Positions 1 to 13,200 of a stretch of DNA of 64,000 nt are shown here, one piece after another; the first letter of the stretch is position 1; every line of letters begins with the position of its first letter. Under the pieces are notes generated by a model that was given only the letters and a program-made list of their open reading frames with translations, was not told the DNA's origin and did not search any database. This DNA is from Octopus vulgaris (taxonomy: Eukaryota), in NCBI GenBank assembly GCA_951406725.2, contig OX597835.1, positions 3,968,001 through 4,032,000 of the forward strand, read 5' to 3'. The position numbers were made by a program, and so were the translations under genes.

Positions 1-1966
1 GGACAGAACCCGGAACCATGTGGTTGGTAAACAAGCTGCTTACCACACAGCCACTCCTGCGCCACTCCATACGTATTCAGTTTTCATCTATCAATTCTAT
101 TCACAAGGCATTGGTCAATCCAAGGCTACAGTAGAAGACACTTGCCTAAAGTGCCACAGAGCGGGACAGAACCCGGAACCATGTGGTTGGTAAACAAGCT
201 GCTTACCACACAGCCACTCCTGCGCCACTCCATACGTATTCAGTTTTCATCTATCAATTCTATTCACAAGGCATTGGTCAATCCAAGGCTACAGTAGAAG
301 ACACTTGCCTAAAGTGCCACAGAGCGGGACAGAACCCGGAACCATGTGGTTGGTAAACAAGCTGCTTACCACACAGCCACTCCTGCGCCACTCCATACGT
401 ATTCAGTTTTCATCTATCAATTCTATTCACAAGGCATTGGTCAATCCAAGGCTACAGTAGAAGACACTTGCCTAAAGTGCCACAGAGCGGGACAGAACCC
501 GGAACCATGTGGTTGGTAAACAAGCTACTTACCACACAGCCACTCCTGCGCCACTCCATACGTATTCAGTTTTCATCTATCAATTCTATTCACAAGGCAT
601 TGGTCAATCCAAGGCTACAGTAGAAGACACTTGCCTAAAGTGCCACAGAGCGGGACAGAACCCGGAACCATGTGGTTGGTAAACAAGCTGCTTACCACAC
701 AGCCACTCCTGCGCCACTCCATACGTATTCAGTTTTCATCTATCAATTCTATTCACAAGGCATTGGTCAATCCAAGGCTACAGTAGAAGACACTTGCCTA
801 AAGTGCCACAGAGAGGGACAGAACCCGGAACCATGTGGTTGGTAAACAAGCTGCTTACCACACAGCCACTCCTGCGCCACTCCATACGTATTCAGTTTTC
901 ATCTATCAATTCTATTCACAAGGCATTGGTCAATCCAAGGCTACAGTAGAAGACACTTGCCTAAAGTGCCACAGAGCGGGACAGAACCCGGAACCATGTG
1001 GTTGGTAAACAAGCTGCTTACCACACAGCCACTCCTGCGCCACTCCATACGTATTCAGTTTTCATCTATCAATTCTATTCACAAGGCATTGGTCAATCCA
1101 AGGCTACAGTAGAAGACACTTGCCTAAAGTGCCACAGAGCGGGACAGAACCCGGAACCATGTGGTTGGTAAACAAGCTGCTTACCACACAGCCACTCCTG
1201 CGCCACTCCATACGTATTCAGTTTTCATCTATCAATTCTATTCACAAGGCATTGGTCAATCCAAGGCTACAGTAGAAGACACTTGCCTAAAGTGCCACAG
1301 AGCGGGACAGAACCCGGAACCATGTGGTTGGTAAACAAGCTGCTTACCACACAGCCACTCCTGCGCCACTCCATACGTATTCAGTTTTCATCTATCAATT
1401 CTATTCACAAGGCATTGGTCAATCCAAGGCTACAGTAGAAGACACTTGCCTAAAGTGCCACAGAGCGGGACAGAACCCGGAACCATGTGGTTGGTAAACA
1501 AGCTGCTTACCACACAGCCACTCCTGCGCCACTCCATACGTATTCAGTTTTCATCTATCAATTCTATTCACAAGGCATTGGTCAATCCAAGGCTACAGTA
1601 GAAGACACTTGCCTAAAGTGCCACAGAGCGGGACAGAACCCGGAACCATGTGGTTGGTAAACAAGCTGCTTACCACACAGCCACTCCTGCGCCACTCCAT
1701 ACGTATTCAGTTTTCATCTATCAATTCTATTCACAAGGCATTGGTCAATCCAAGGCTACAGTAGAAGACACTTGCCTAAAGTGCCACAGAGCGGGACAGA
1801 ACCCGGAACCATGTGGTTGGTAAACAAGCTACTTACCACACAGCCACTCCTGCGCCACTCCATACGTATTCAGTTTTCATCTATCAATTCTATTCACAAG
1901 GCATTGGTCAATCCAAGGCTACAGTAGAAGATACTTGCCTAAAGTGCCACAGAGCGGGACAGAACC
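1..1966 (-). repeat. 163-bp tandem satellite (12 full units plus a partial, truncated by the window edge) derived from a tRNA-SINE head
   Basis: GGACAGAACC recurs at 1, 164, 327 ... 1957; the unit matches the 5' part of the SINE at 37259-37671. Confidence 0.95.
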
Positions 1967-2629
1967 TGAGACCACACGGTCACAAAATCAACTCTCGGCT
2001 ATAAGCCATAACACCAAAGCAATACAGTTCCAATGTAAGTAAAGAGTTTATTTCCAAAATTCTACCATTTCAGCAGACCTCAGAATTCAGATAATGAAGA
2101 AACCTGGGTCATAAAAGGAGGATTGAACCCTTGCACCCTTGCACCAGTACAGTTGGGTTATCTGCTCCTGAATTAACATGTAAGTGGCTGAGTACTCCTC
2201 TGCAGACATGTTGCTCACCATAATACTCAGTCAGAATCAACAATACACAGAGTGGGTCAAGGCTGGACATTTTAAATTCCAGAGAGAATCCATCCCATGG
2301 GCTTCAGTACAGTTTCCATTTACCCAATTTCTCTCCTAATATATAGGTGAAGCCGAGGCTTTTAGACAATGCCATTTGCCCAAGATGTTATGCGACCAAA
2401 TAACCTCCTTCACACCACAGCTGACCATCTTAAAGAAACTGAGAAATAGAATAGTGATGTTCATGGCTGGAATGTCTGTGACCATAAGTCTGCTCAATCA
2501 TGGATGACCTATGGTTAAGCACCAATGCTTACAGACAGACACAGGAGAATGGAGACAGTAACTCATATGCAGATGTGCCACATTTGAATTAACCAGTGTA
2601 TGTCAGAATGTGTTGTTTTTTGTTTGTTC

Positions 2630-2925
2630 CTTCTCAAGCCATGCCTGGTCCATAAAGGCTGGTTTCCTGGTTTCCTTGGTGTGTAGGTTCCCCACCTGGA
2701 TGGGACCCCCGGTCTGTCGCAGGTGAGCTGCAAGAAGCAGGAGGAAAGAGTGAGAGAAAGTTGTGGCGAAAGAGTCAGCAGAAGTTCGCCATTACCTTCT
2801 GCCGGAGCCACGTGGAGCTTAGGTGTTTCGCTCATAAACACACACATCGCCTGGTCTGAGATTCGAACCTGCGATCCCTCGACCGCGAGTCCGCTGCTCT
2901 AACCACTAGGCCATGTGCTTCCACA
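2630..2925 (-). mobile_element. tRNA-derived SINE (family C-like)
   Basis: Minus strand TGGCCTAGTGGTTAGAGCAGCGGACTCGCGGTCGAGGGATCGCAGGTTCGAATC (A/B boxes). Related copies at 15290-15625 (-), 22630-22960 (-), 56348-56650 (+), 60212-60410 (+). Confidence 0.8.
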
Positions 2926-3249
2926 TGTCAGAATGTAGTGTGTGGTTATTAAGCAGGGGCATATATTACTCGTTAATTTAATCACAAAGCTTAATGGAAA
3001 ACTTTTGTTATACCCCTGCTTGAAATTTGGTGGAATTGGGTGTGGCAGCACACCCAATACAAGAACCACCGTTTGTCACTGTTATTAAGAAGACAGAATT
3101 ACAAAATCTCTGGGAGTGAGGGATCTAGATTGCATCATATCATTCTTCAGTGAAGAGTCAACATAGTATAGACTTGCTCGATTAAGGTAGGCCTAGGGCT
3201 ATACAATAACTACAACATTCGATGAAAACAATGGGAAAAACATACTTAC

Positions 3250-3414
3250 AGAGTAATCAGAAAGGCTATAAACCATAACGTATCTTGAATCATTACCTGT
3301 GGCCAAGTATTGGCCATCAGGTGAAAAAGCCAGATCTCTGACAGCACCCGATTCCTCAACAACTTTGGCTTCTGTCAAGGTACAGTTGTTGACGTTGTAA
3401 ACATGGTAAGAATT
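3250..3414 (-). CDS. WDR1: WDR1 exon 14 (NSYHVYNV...[18 protein letters not shown]...SDYS)
   Basis: 165 nt, taacAG / GTAAGT. Confidence 0.92.
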
Positions 3415-5925
3415 CTGTTAAAAGAGGGGGGGAAACAAAAAAAGGAGAAAATCATGATTAGTTAATTTACTTTCACTTTTGAGAACCGGCAGCTGACACA
3501 CAAACACAGGCATATGCACACACACACACATGCAAACACACACACACACACACACACACGCAAACACACACACACATGCACACACACACACACACACACA
3601 CATGCAAACACACACACATGCACACACACGCACACATGCACACACTTTAAAACAAATGTAAACCAGTTTGCTATGATTTCTGCAATTTAAGGTGGTGCAG
3701 CATCATCAGAAAGTTGCAGGCTCTTGTTGAAATGTGTACCCTTATAAGCGGGTAGTCACAGTCAGTACCCCTACTGAGACCCTAATCCACAGGATTAGCA
3801 GTAGAAGCACCCAAGATAATGATTTAACCCTTTAGCATTTAAACCGGCCATATCCGGTCAAAAGTATTCTGCTTGTTTTATGTTCAAACTGGCCAGATCT
3901 GGTCTCTCACACCAACCCTACAATATCGTTTTAAAAATTTAACAGCTACCTCATCAAAATCTCATAGCTACAAGATAATGCATGATTAGTTCAAAGCAAT
4001 GTGGATAAAAAAGGATTAATTTTGGCAGAATAATGCGAACACTAAAGGGTTAAAGCTCCAGTTATAGAACAAAACATTTAAAATTCTTCATTCTGTGAGA
4101 ATGGAGAACTCTGACAAACATTTCTAAATACCAACAAGATATTTTCTCACAGAAAATAGAACAACTTACCACTCCACCCACTGCCAAAAGTGAGCCATTC
4201 ACATTAAAGGCGGCTGAACACCCTTCATATGAAATTGGCAGAGTTAGGACAATGCGTTCACCTTGCAATAATATTACCTGGGAAAGAAAAAAAAAACATT
4301 TGTTAAAATAACAGAGAAGAGAAATTGAACCACTGTCACTTACTTAACACCATAAATAAATACAATGGTGAGGGGTATCTAACAGTATAGAAATAGAAGC
4401 CAAAATTCCCATACGTCTCATCCACTGAAGGTCACACCAACCTAAACATACTATGTTGAAAATTAATAAGGAAAAAGTAAGATGGTCATGGATGGAGCAG
4501 CTTTGATGATAGTCTGGTGGATCAGGGCTGACCTGGGGCTAAACAACTGCTACACTTATTCAAGCAGGAACCAGGAATGACCATCGACTCCCATAGTACT
4601 GGCTTAAACCAATGCCTTGTGTGAAGAATTTTAATTAACAGAAATGCAAAGATGATGCCTTCCATTTTCTGATATTGTCAAAGGCAACAAACATTAAAGA
4701 AACGACTGAAATTCTGGTGTTCCAAGTTACCGGCATTCCCTTGTTACTCTTGCGGTCAGGAATGTAGTGAACCAGTGATTGGTCAGCTGGAAACATGTAG
4801 CCAACAATACAACTGTTCATAAAATATGATGAATACAAAATTAATTAAAATAAAAAAAGCAAACACGTGCATGTATGAGGCCACAGGTTCAATCCCATTG
4901 CAGAGCATGTTGAGTGTCACATACCCGAGTCACTGGTTGACCAAAATCTTGACATAAGGATGGAAACTGTCTGGAAGCCCATCAGATGGCAGAAACGTTA
5001 GCACACTGGACGAAATGCTTAGTGGTATTTCGTCTGCTGTTAGGTTTTGAGTTCAAATTCCACCAAAGTCGACGTTGCCTTTCATCCTTTTGGGGTCGAT
5101 AAATTAAGCACCAGTTACACACTGGGGTCGATATAATCGACATAATCCCTTTGTCTGTCCTTGTTGCCCCCTCTATGGTTAACCCCTTGTGGGCAATAAA
5201 GAAATAAGATGGACTGTACCTGCAATTCATTAGGTCTTACTTTGTCCCCTGCATTGTAGCTTGCTGATTCTGCCTAAGGAATACTCAACCATTTGGAGGC
5301 TGAGTCAATGAACAAGGGACTTATGTAAACACATGATACCCACCATTGAAACCACAGATATCTATTTACCACCAGCTGTACTCTATTCACTGTACTCTAC
5401 TGACTGTACTCTTCAAGCTGTACTCAACAATATTTCCACTCAAATATAACAGCAATATTCTAGATTCACAGGAATTGCATTTACTTGCCTTCCTCTGCCC
5501 GTTTCTCCTCCCACTTTTGCTCTAAATATATTATTTTTAACTAACGAGGGAGCTTCTACATGGTTGCTTGACCTGTTAGAAATAACTCATTCAATCATCT
5601 TAAAAAAAAAAAACGGACAATGTGATCCTGTTTGTATTATACTACAACTGACAAACAACTTTGAATTGGTGAAAACTGGTCTAGGATCCTAAGTCTATTA
5701 AACAAGAATTGGCCTGGGGCTAAACAGCAACAAGAAAGTAGAAAGAAGATAACAAAAAAATAAGAGGAAAACAAAACAATAATTACATGTTTGACACAGG
5801 CAACTGCAGTAAGGTTGTTGAAGACTGCAACTGAACGGGGCTGAGATTCTAGTTTCACTGAGGCATTTCTGAAAATAGGAATTAAAATGGAAAAATATCA
5901 ACACTACGTGTGAGTGTATATGTAA

Positions 5926-5961
<36 letters not shown>

Positions 5962-8900
5962 AATTATTGTATGCAATGTTGCCAGCCTCGCCTGGCCTCC
6001 GTGCCGGTGGCACGTAAAAAGCACCATCCGATCGTGGCCGTTTGCCAGCCTCGCCTGGCCTCCGTGCCAGTGGCATGTAAAAGGCACCATCCGATCGTGG
6101 CCGTTTGCCAGCCTTGCCTGGCCTCCGTGCCAGTGGCACGTAAAAGGCACCATCCGATCGTGGCCGTTTGCCAGCCTCGCCTGGCCTCCGTGCCGGTGGC
6201 ACATAAAAAGCACCATCCGATCGTGGCCGTTTGCCAGCCTCGCCTGGCCTCCGTGCCGGTGGCACGTAAAAAGCACCCACTACACTCATGGAGTGGTTGG
6301 CGTTATGAAGGGCATCCAGCTGTAGAAACACTGCCAGATCAGACTGGAGCCTGGTACAGCCTTCTGGCTTCCCAGACCCCAGTTGCACCGTCCAACCCAT
6401 GCCAGCATGGAAAGCGGACACTAAACGATGATGATGATGATGATGAATGCTCAGGTGCACCACAACTTGTCAAAAGTGTGTATTAAGCATATGCATCGAT
6501 GTACAAATGTCTGTAAAGTGAACAATGTATGAGTCGGATACATGCTTGCGTGTGTATGGAGGGGAGAAAAGTTAGGAACATGGGACACTAAAAGAGGCAT
6601 TTCACCCTGAAGGACACAATGAGTGGGATTCTTGCAAGCTGAAAGAATGGTCAGAGTCTGAAGAACTTACCCGTATTGCATTGAGGAAATTGAGGTGAAT
6701 CGAATGGTGTCGTCCATGCTGATGGAAATCAAATTATCGCCAGACACCACAAGGTCCTGTATCTGACTGTTGTGAGGTTTACCAACAATTCTATCATCAA
6801 GTCCATTCACAAGATCCCAGTAATGTGAGTGGAATTAAGGAAAAACTTTAAATCATCGTCGTTATCATAATCACTCATCGTCAGCCATAAACAGCATTCC
6901 TTTGACAATTAATAAACAGAGAGTATTAAGTATTGTTCTAACACACACACATTCCCAAATCTGATGAACACTTTAGAGGATTTAACTCTAGCAATGGATT
7001 AAGCATTATTAACTTATTATCATCATTATCAACTTATTATTATAACATTATCAACTTATTATTATAACATTATCAATTTCTTATTATCATCATTATCAAC
7101 ATATCATAATTATTATTATTAATAATAATTTTAAAAATTTATTTTATTCATTTGCCCAGAAATTTCTTTAGATTGATTAATAAATCCTCAAACGAGCTTT
7201 ATTATGTTGTAATCACATTAAATAAATCACTGCATACACCCTCATTAATCACATTACTATACACTGATCAATTATTCATTAATCAAAATCACTCTATATT
7301 CATAAATCAGCTCACTAGGCAGTGAACTGATAGACTGAGTTCAAATAACACCGAGTTCAACTTTATCTTCCATCGAGACCAGTTTAGGTCAAAAGACCAA
7401 AAACATTAGACGAGGCATCTCATGCTATTTCTCCTGATTCTTCATATTCCAGGTTCAAATCTTGCTGTGGTTTACTTAGGGGGTAGACTTAATCCATCCG
7501 CTTCTCGTCATTTCTACATTCCACTCTCAATGCATCATATATACACTCTTTATTTATTTCTTTATTGCCCATAGGGGGCTAAACATAGAGAGGACAAACA
7601 AAGGGATTAAGTCGTAACTAGTACTTAATTTATTGACCCCGAAAGGATGAAAGGCAAAGTCGACCTCGGCGGAATTTGAACTCAGAACGTAGCGGCAGAC
7701 AAAATACTGCTAAGCATTTCGCCCGGCGTGCTAACGTTTCTGTCAGCTCACCACCCTATCATATATACACTCTTTATTATCAGCAAAATACACGTTCCAA
7801 ATATCTGGTCTTCTCACTATACACCCCACCCCATCCATTCATTATTTATTCTATTTCCTAAGTTTTATAGAAGACTACAATGTTATAAGTCAGGAATAAA
7901 AATAAAACAATGAACACATTGAACATTCAGTGAACATAGAATAACAAATACGGTGAACATAGACAAAAGGATATTGATGTGACCAGAACTGCAGCCAGAG
8001 AAAACCAATTTTCTGTCAGGTGTGGTGGTCAGGGCTGTTATTGGTTTGTTGTGACCCTAGACAAACAAAAATAAAAACAACATTAATAATAATAATAATA
8101 ATAATGATGATGATAATAATGGTTCCTAATTTTGGCACAAGGCCAGCAATTTTGAAGGGAAGGAGTTAGTTGATTACATCGACCCCAGTAATCAACTGGT
8201 ATATTACTGACCCTGAAAGGATGACAGGTAAATTTAGCCAGGGCAGAACTTGAACTTAGGACATAAAGAGCCAGAAAGAGAGATGCTTGGCATTTTGTCC
8301 AGTGTGCTAATGATTCTGCCAGCTCACAACAACAGCAACAACACCTCCTTGACTCAAGTTAGAGAAGGGGTGCGTTTTATACACAAGGTTTAGGTATTTC
8401 AGAGGTACAGCCCCCTAAAAATCCCCTGCGTATTATACTCAGGGCGGACTATACTCGAGGATTTACGGTATATCTCTATTCCCCAAAATGAACAGGTATT
8501 GAAATGGAATTATCATGGAACTGTTTCTATACATTCCACATAAAACTGTCTTTTATATAATATTTATACAAGTCTGGGCAAGGTTGTTTATGGATGACTA
8601 GCTGTCGCCCTCTCCATGCCACTGATGTTATCCAAGGGAAAGGCAAAGGCCGATATAGCTTGGCACCAGAGACATCGCAACTCATTTCAATACAGCTGAG
8701 TGAACTGGAGCAACATGAAATAAAGTGTCTTGCTCAAGAACACAACACACAGCCCGGTCCAGAAATTGAACACACTACCTCATGATTTTGAGCCTGACGC
8801 TCTAACCACTGAGCCATGTGCCTTCACTATATATACAGATGCACACACACAAGTGTTCTACAATGTACAAACTTTTAGCACTGAATAAAAAAAAGGAAAT

Positions 8901-10244
8901 AATTGATGTAGCTATTAAATAAACAACAATAAAAAGAATTAATTGCCAAGGTTTTAATATAATAATAATGGTGCTAATGAAATTATAAATATCAATGTGA
9001 AATAGCGGAGAGAATGAAATCCACAACAGCACACCTGTTACCTTTCTCTGTCCTAATACTTCATAATACTTAACAATATTGTGAGGAATAAGAATAGGGC
9101 CAAGTTCGGAGAGCTCCTACCTCTGGTGGCAACAAATGGCCTCGCCCTCAGAGTGAAAGGCAGATTGTACAATGCCTGTGTGCGAACAGTTATGCTACAT
9201 GGGAGTGAAACATGGGCTGTGACAGCTGAGGACATGTGTAGGCCTGAAAGAAATGGAGCTGGTATGCTTCGCTGGATGTGCATGTATGACAGATAAGTTG
9301 GTCATGAGTGGCATCGGATGTGGTGTGCAAGAAAGAGGACTGTGTTGGAATGGTCATGTGATGCACGTGGACGAGAAGTGCTGATCTCTAACTGTGGAGG
9401 GAACCTATGGTAGAGGTAGACTCAGGAAGACATGGGATGAGGTGGTGAAGCATGATCTTCAAACTTTGGGCCTCATAGAGGCAATGACTAGTGACCAAAA
9501 CCTTTGGCGATATGCAGTGCTTTAGAAGACCTGTCAAGCCAAGTGAAATCATAGTTGTGGCCAATGCTGGCGTCATGTAACTGGTATGTAAAAAGTACCT
9601 GACGAGCATTGGGCCTCATGGAGGCAAAGTGGCCAATGCCTGTGGCACATGAAAAGCTCCTTTAAAGTGTTGGGGCTCACAGAGGCAATGATGAATGACC
9701 GAGACCTTGGCATTATGTTGTGCTTGAGAAGAAGACCCATCAAGCCAAGTAAAATCACAGTCATATTAGATACTGGTGTCATGCAAATGGCACCTGTGCC
9801 AGTGGAACACAGAAGAACCCATTACACTCTAAGACTAGTTGGCTTTAGGAAGGGCATCCAGTCATAGAATCCATGTCAAATCAGACTGGAGTCTAGTGCA
9901 GCCTTCCAGCTTGCCAGTCCTGGTCAAACAGTCAAACCCATGCCAGCATGGACAACGGATGTTAAGTGATGATGATGATGATGATGATGATGATTAATTA
10001 TTTTACCATTAACAATCTCTTTACATCATCACAAAGCCACAAATGTGATGTTGTAATATTCATCACCTGATCAAAGATGTTAGGGAATGTGAATGAAGTT
10101 GAAGTCCTAAAGAAGTATTTTTTTTTACCTGTGAGGACCTAAAAAATATGCAGAGTCACATAATGGTAAAAATATCCACATTCGAAACTGTTGGTTCCTA
10201 CCAACAGACTGACAGAAACAACAGCTGCAAGTCAACTTAAGAAA

Positions 10245-10286
<42 letters not shown>

Positions 10287-13200
10287 ACCGCAGGTGAAAT
10301 GTTAAACCCACCTTAAGAACACGAAGAGGCTTCTCTGGGCAATTCCTGTCTAAATACGTAATAAATCCAGACAAAGAGATTGTGATGATGTTGTTACCAA
10401 TCCAAATACAACTGACCAACATGTCGTCCAGCGTCTTTCCGAACACAAATTCCCTGGAAAAAAAACAAAAAAACATGTTTAACAACTAATTAATACCATG
10501 ATAACTCTCCTAATGAAGAAAGTTAATTTAGATATATTTAATAACTAATTAATAGCATTGTGAGGAAATGAACTTCTTAATTAAGAAAGCTAATTGAAAT
10601 CAATTCTTGTTTCTAATGAAATTCCGCAGAGGTCGACTTTGCCTTTCATCCTTTCGGGGTCGGTTAAATAAGTACCAGTTACACACTGGGGTTGATGTAA
10701 TCAACTTAATCCCTTTGTCTGTCCTTGTTTGTCCCCTCTATGTTTAGCCCCTCATGGGCAATAAAGAAATAAGAAACAATTTTTTTCTCTTTTTCTATGT
10801 AAACTTAACTAAACTCAGCTTGGAAGGGCATTCAGCTGTAAAACAAAAACATGCCTGTATCTGCTAGTGCCACATAAAAAGCACTCCCTCCACTCCGTAG
10901 AGTGGTTGATGTTAGGAAGGGCATCCAGATGTAAAACCCATGCGAAAGCACACAGTGAAGCATGGTGCAGTCTTCTGCTTAGCCAGCGCCTGTCAAGCTG
11001 TCCAACCCATACCAGCACAGAAAGTAGACGTTAAGTGATGATGCTGATGATATATACATACACACATATTCATATACACATGAACAATATATAAGTAGAT
11101 GGAACTTTTTGTTGATCTTAACCTAACAGAACAGCAAACTATAATATCCAACAGAGTTTTCTACTGCAAACTCATAATTTATATATGTTCGGCATGATAG
11201 TATGTAAACTGGTAGAAGCTTTGGGGTCACTCAACTTAACATAGTTGAGCCTGAAAACTGCTTGGAGACTCATGGTGTGAAATAAAAACCTGCCTAGACT
11301 AGACCTGCTTCTTCAAAGCAGGAAACTATTAGTAGCTCATATTGTGTACATTAAATTATATATATATATTTATTTATGCCCCCTTTTCAAGCCTAGCCGG
11401 ACTCATGGGCCCGGTTTCCATGGCATATGTGTTCCACCCAGCTGGACGGGACGCCAGTCAATCGCAGTGTTACTCAAGAAACAGGAAGAAAGAGTGGCAG
11501 AAAGTTGGGGCAAAAGAGTACAACAGGGGTTGCCCGATCTGGGAATTGAAACCGCGATCCTTCGACCGCAAGTCTGCTGCCCTAACCACTGGGCCATTTG
11601 CCTGCACAAAATGTTCCTTCCCGAGCCATGCCAGGCTCATAAGGGCCAGTTTCTCGGTTTCAATGGCGTAGAAATTCCCCAGCTGGACGAGACGCCGGTC
11701 CTGTCACAGGATTACTCCCTTTTGCCAGTTGAGTGGACTGGAGCAATGTGAAATGAAGTGTCTTGCTCAAGAACACAACGCATCGCCCAGTCCAGGAATT
11801 GAAACCATAACTTTACAATCATGAATTCAACACCCTAACCACTAAGCCACGCGCCTCCACTAATATATATATATATAAAGAGTAAAGACCCCACCCTTCA
11901 GTCATGAATGACCATGGAATTGCACCTAGAAAGCTCTCTGAGGTACAAGTCCGGGCAAGGTTGTTTATAGAAGACCAGCAGTCACCCATGCATACCAGCC
12001 TCCCCTCTTCGTGCCACTGATGTTATCCAAGGGAAAGGCAAAGGGGCCGATACAGCTTGGCACCAGTACCGTCACAACTCGTTTCTAGAGATGAGTGAAC
12101 TGGAGCAACGTGAAATAAAGTGTCTTGCTCAAGAACACAACACCCAGCCCGGTCTGGGAATTGAACTCACTACCTCATGATTGTAAGCCCGATGCTCTAA
12201 CCACTGAGCTATGCAAATTCATAAACACACACACACAATATGTACGTATTGCAGAAATTCAGCTACACGTGAATGAATTTTAATATAAATATTACAAAAG
12301 GTAAATAAATGACAGAAGAATGGAATACCGTTATCTCCCCTATATCACAGAGTTTAACTTCCTTTTACAGCCAATATAAGCACCAGAGGTTCGATTCCTC
12401 AGTGTCACAGACTGCATGATTAACAGACAGATGTGATGTGGTGTGGTGTAGACTGAAGTCGTACAGGGTGTTAAGGACTAAAATAATTGAATAGGACTTA
12501 CTTGACCAAAGTATACGTATTGGCATCCCAGATCTTGGCAGTTTTGTCACCAGAGACTGTCAGCACTTCAGAATTGTCTGGACTGAAAGCAATCTGAAGA
12601 GTGAAGAACAAGAAAGAAATAAGAACTGTCAGAATGGTAAAATTGATTCAAGTTTTTGTTTGTCAATCAATAAAATGGAGACTAAATCAACAGTATTGGG
12701 AATAAATCATTACAGAGGGTTTGTCTGTATCTGTTTTTCTTTTCTTTTTAAACAAGATAGGATTTCCCAATTCTTGCATAGTGATACTAGATAGAAATAT
12801 CCATGTTGGCAAAATTGAAGAATATGTCTGTAGTGGCACAAGCAGTCAGCGCCATATTGGATGAGATCTTGCGGCAGCCATTGCCATCTCCGAGACTGGA
12901 GCGAGACCTCACCTGCATCCATTTGCCATGCGTGAGTTCACAACGAGGCTTGTGATGGCAAACTGTATATAAGGGCGAAACAGAAACAGATTCATTCTTT
13001 TCTCTCCGCTTCCATGCACCAGCGCTTGCTGAGCACACTTCACTGGCTGGGCCTGTCTGCATGTTGTACATCCAGAGGCAATGTGCCCGCAGTAATGGTG
13101 ATACAACACCACGCACGCAGCTCAAGATGGTTGCTGAGAGCAATGCACTTCACCTGTTCTGTGAAACTTGTAAAGAAACCGGTTGTAAATTGCATTTGTA

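Noticed and set aside
1-1966. CRISPR-like array
   Set aside because: Units are contiguous and identical with no unique spacers; eukaryotic SINE-derived satellite, no cas genes.
2840-2925. tRNA gene (also at 15560, 42030, 56350, 60212)
   Set aside because: tRNA-like heads run directly into SINE bodies present in many diverged copies; no clean cloverleaf plus terminator.
5698-6486. Overlapping 171-193 aa ORFs on both strands
   Set aside because: Open frames arise from a 63-bp (21-codon) tandem repeat in a retroelement UTR.
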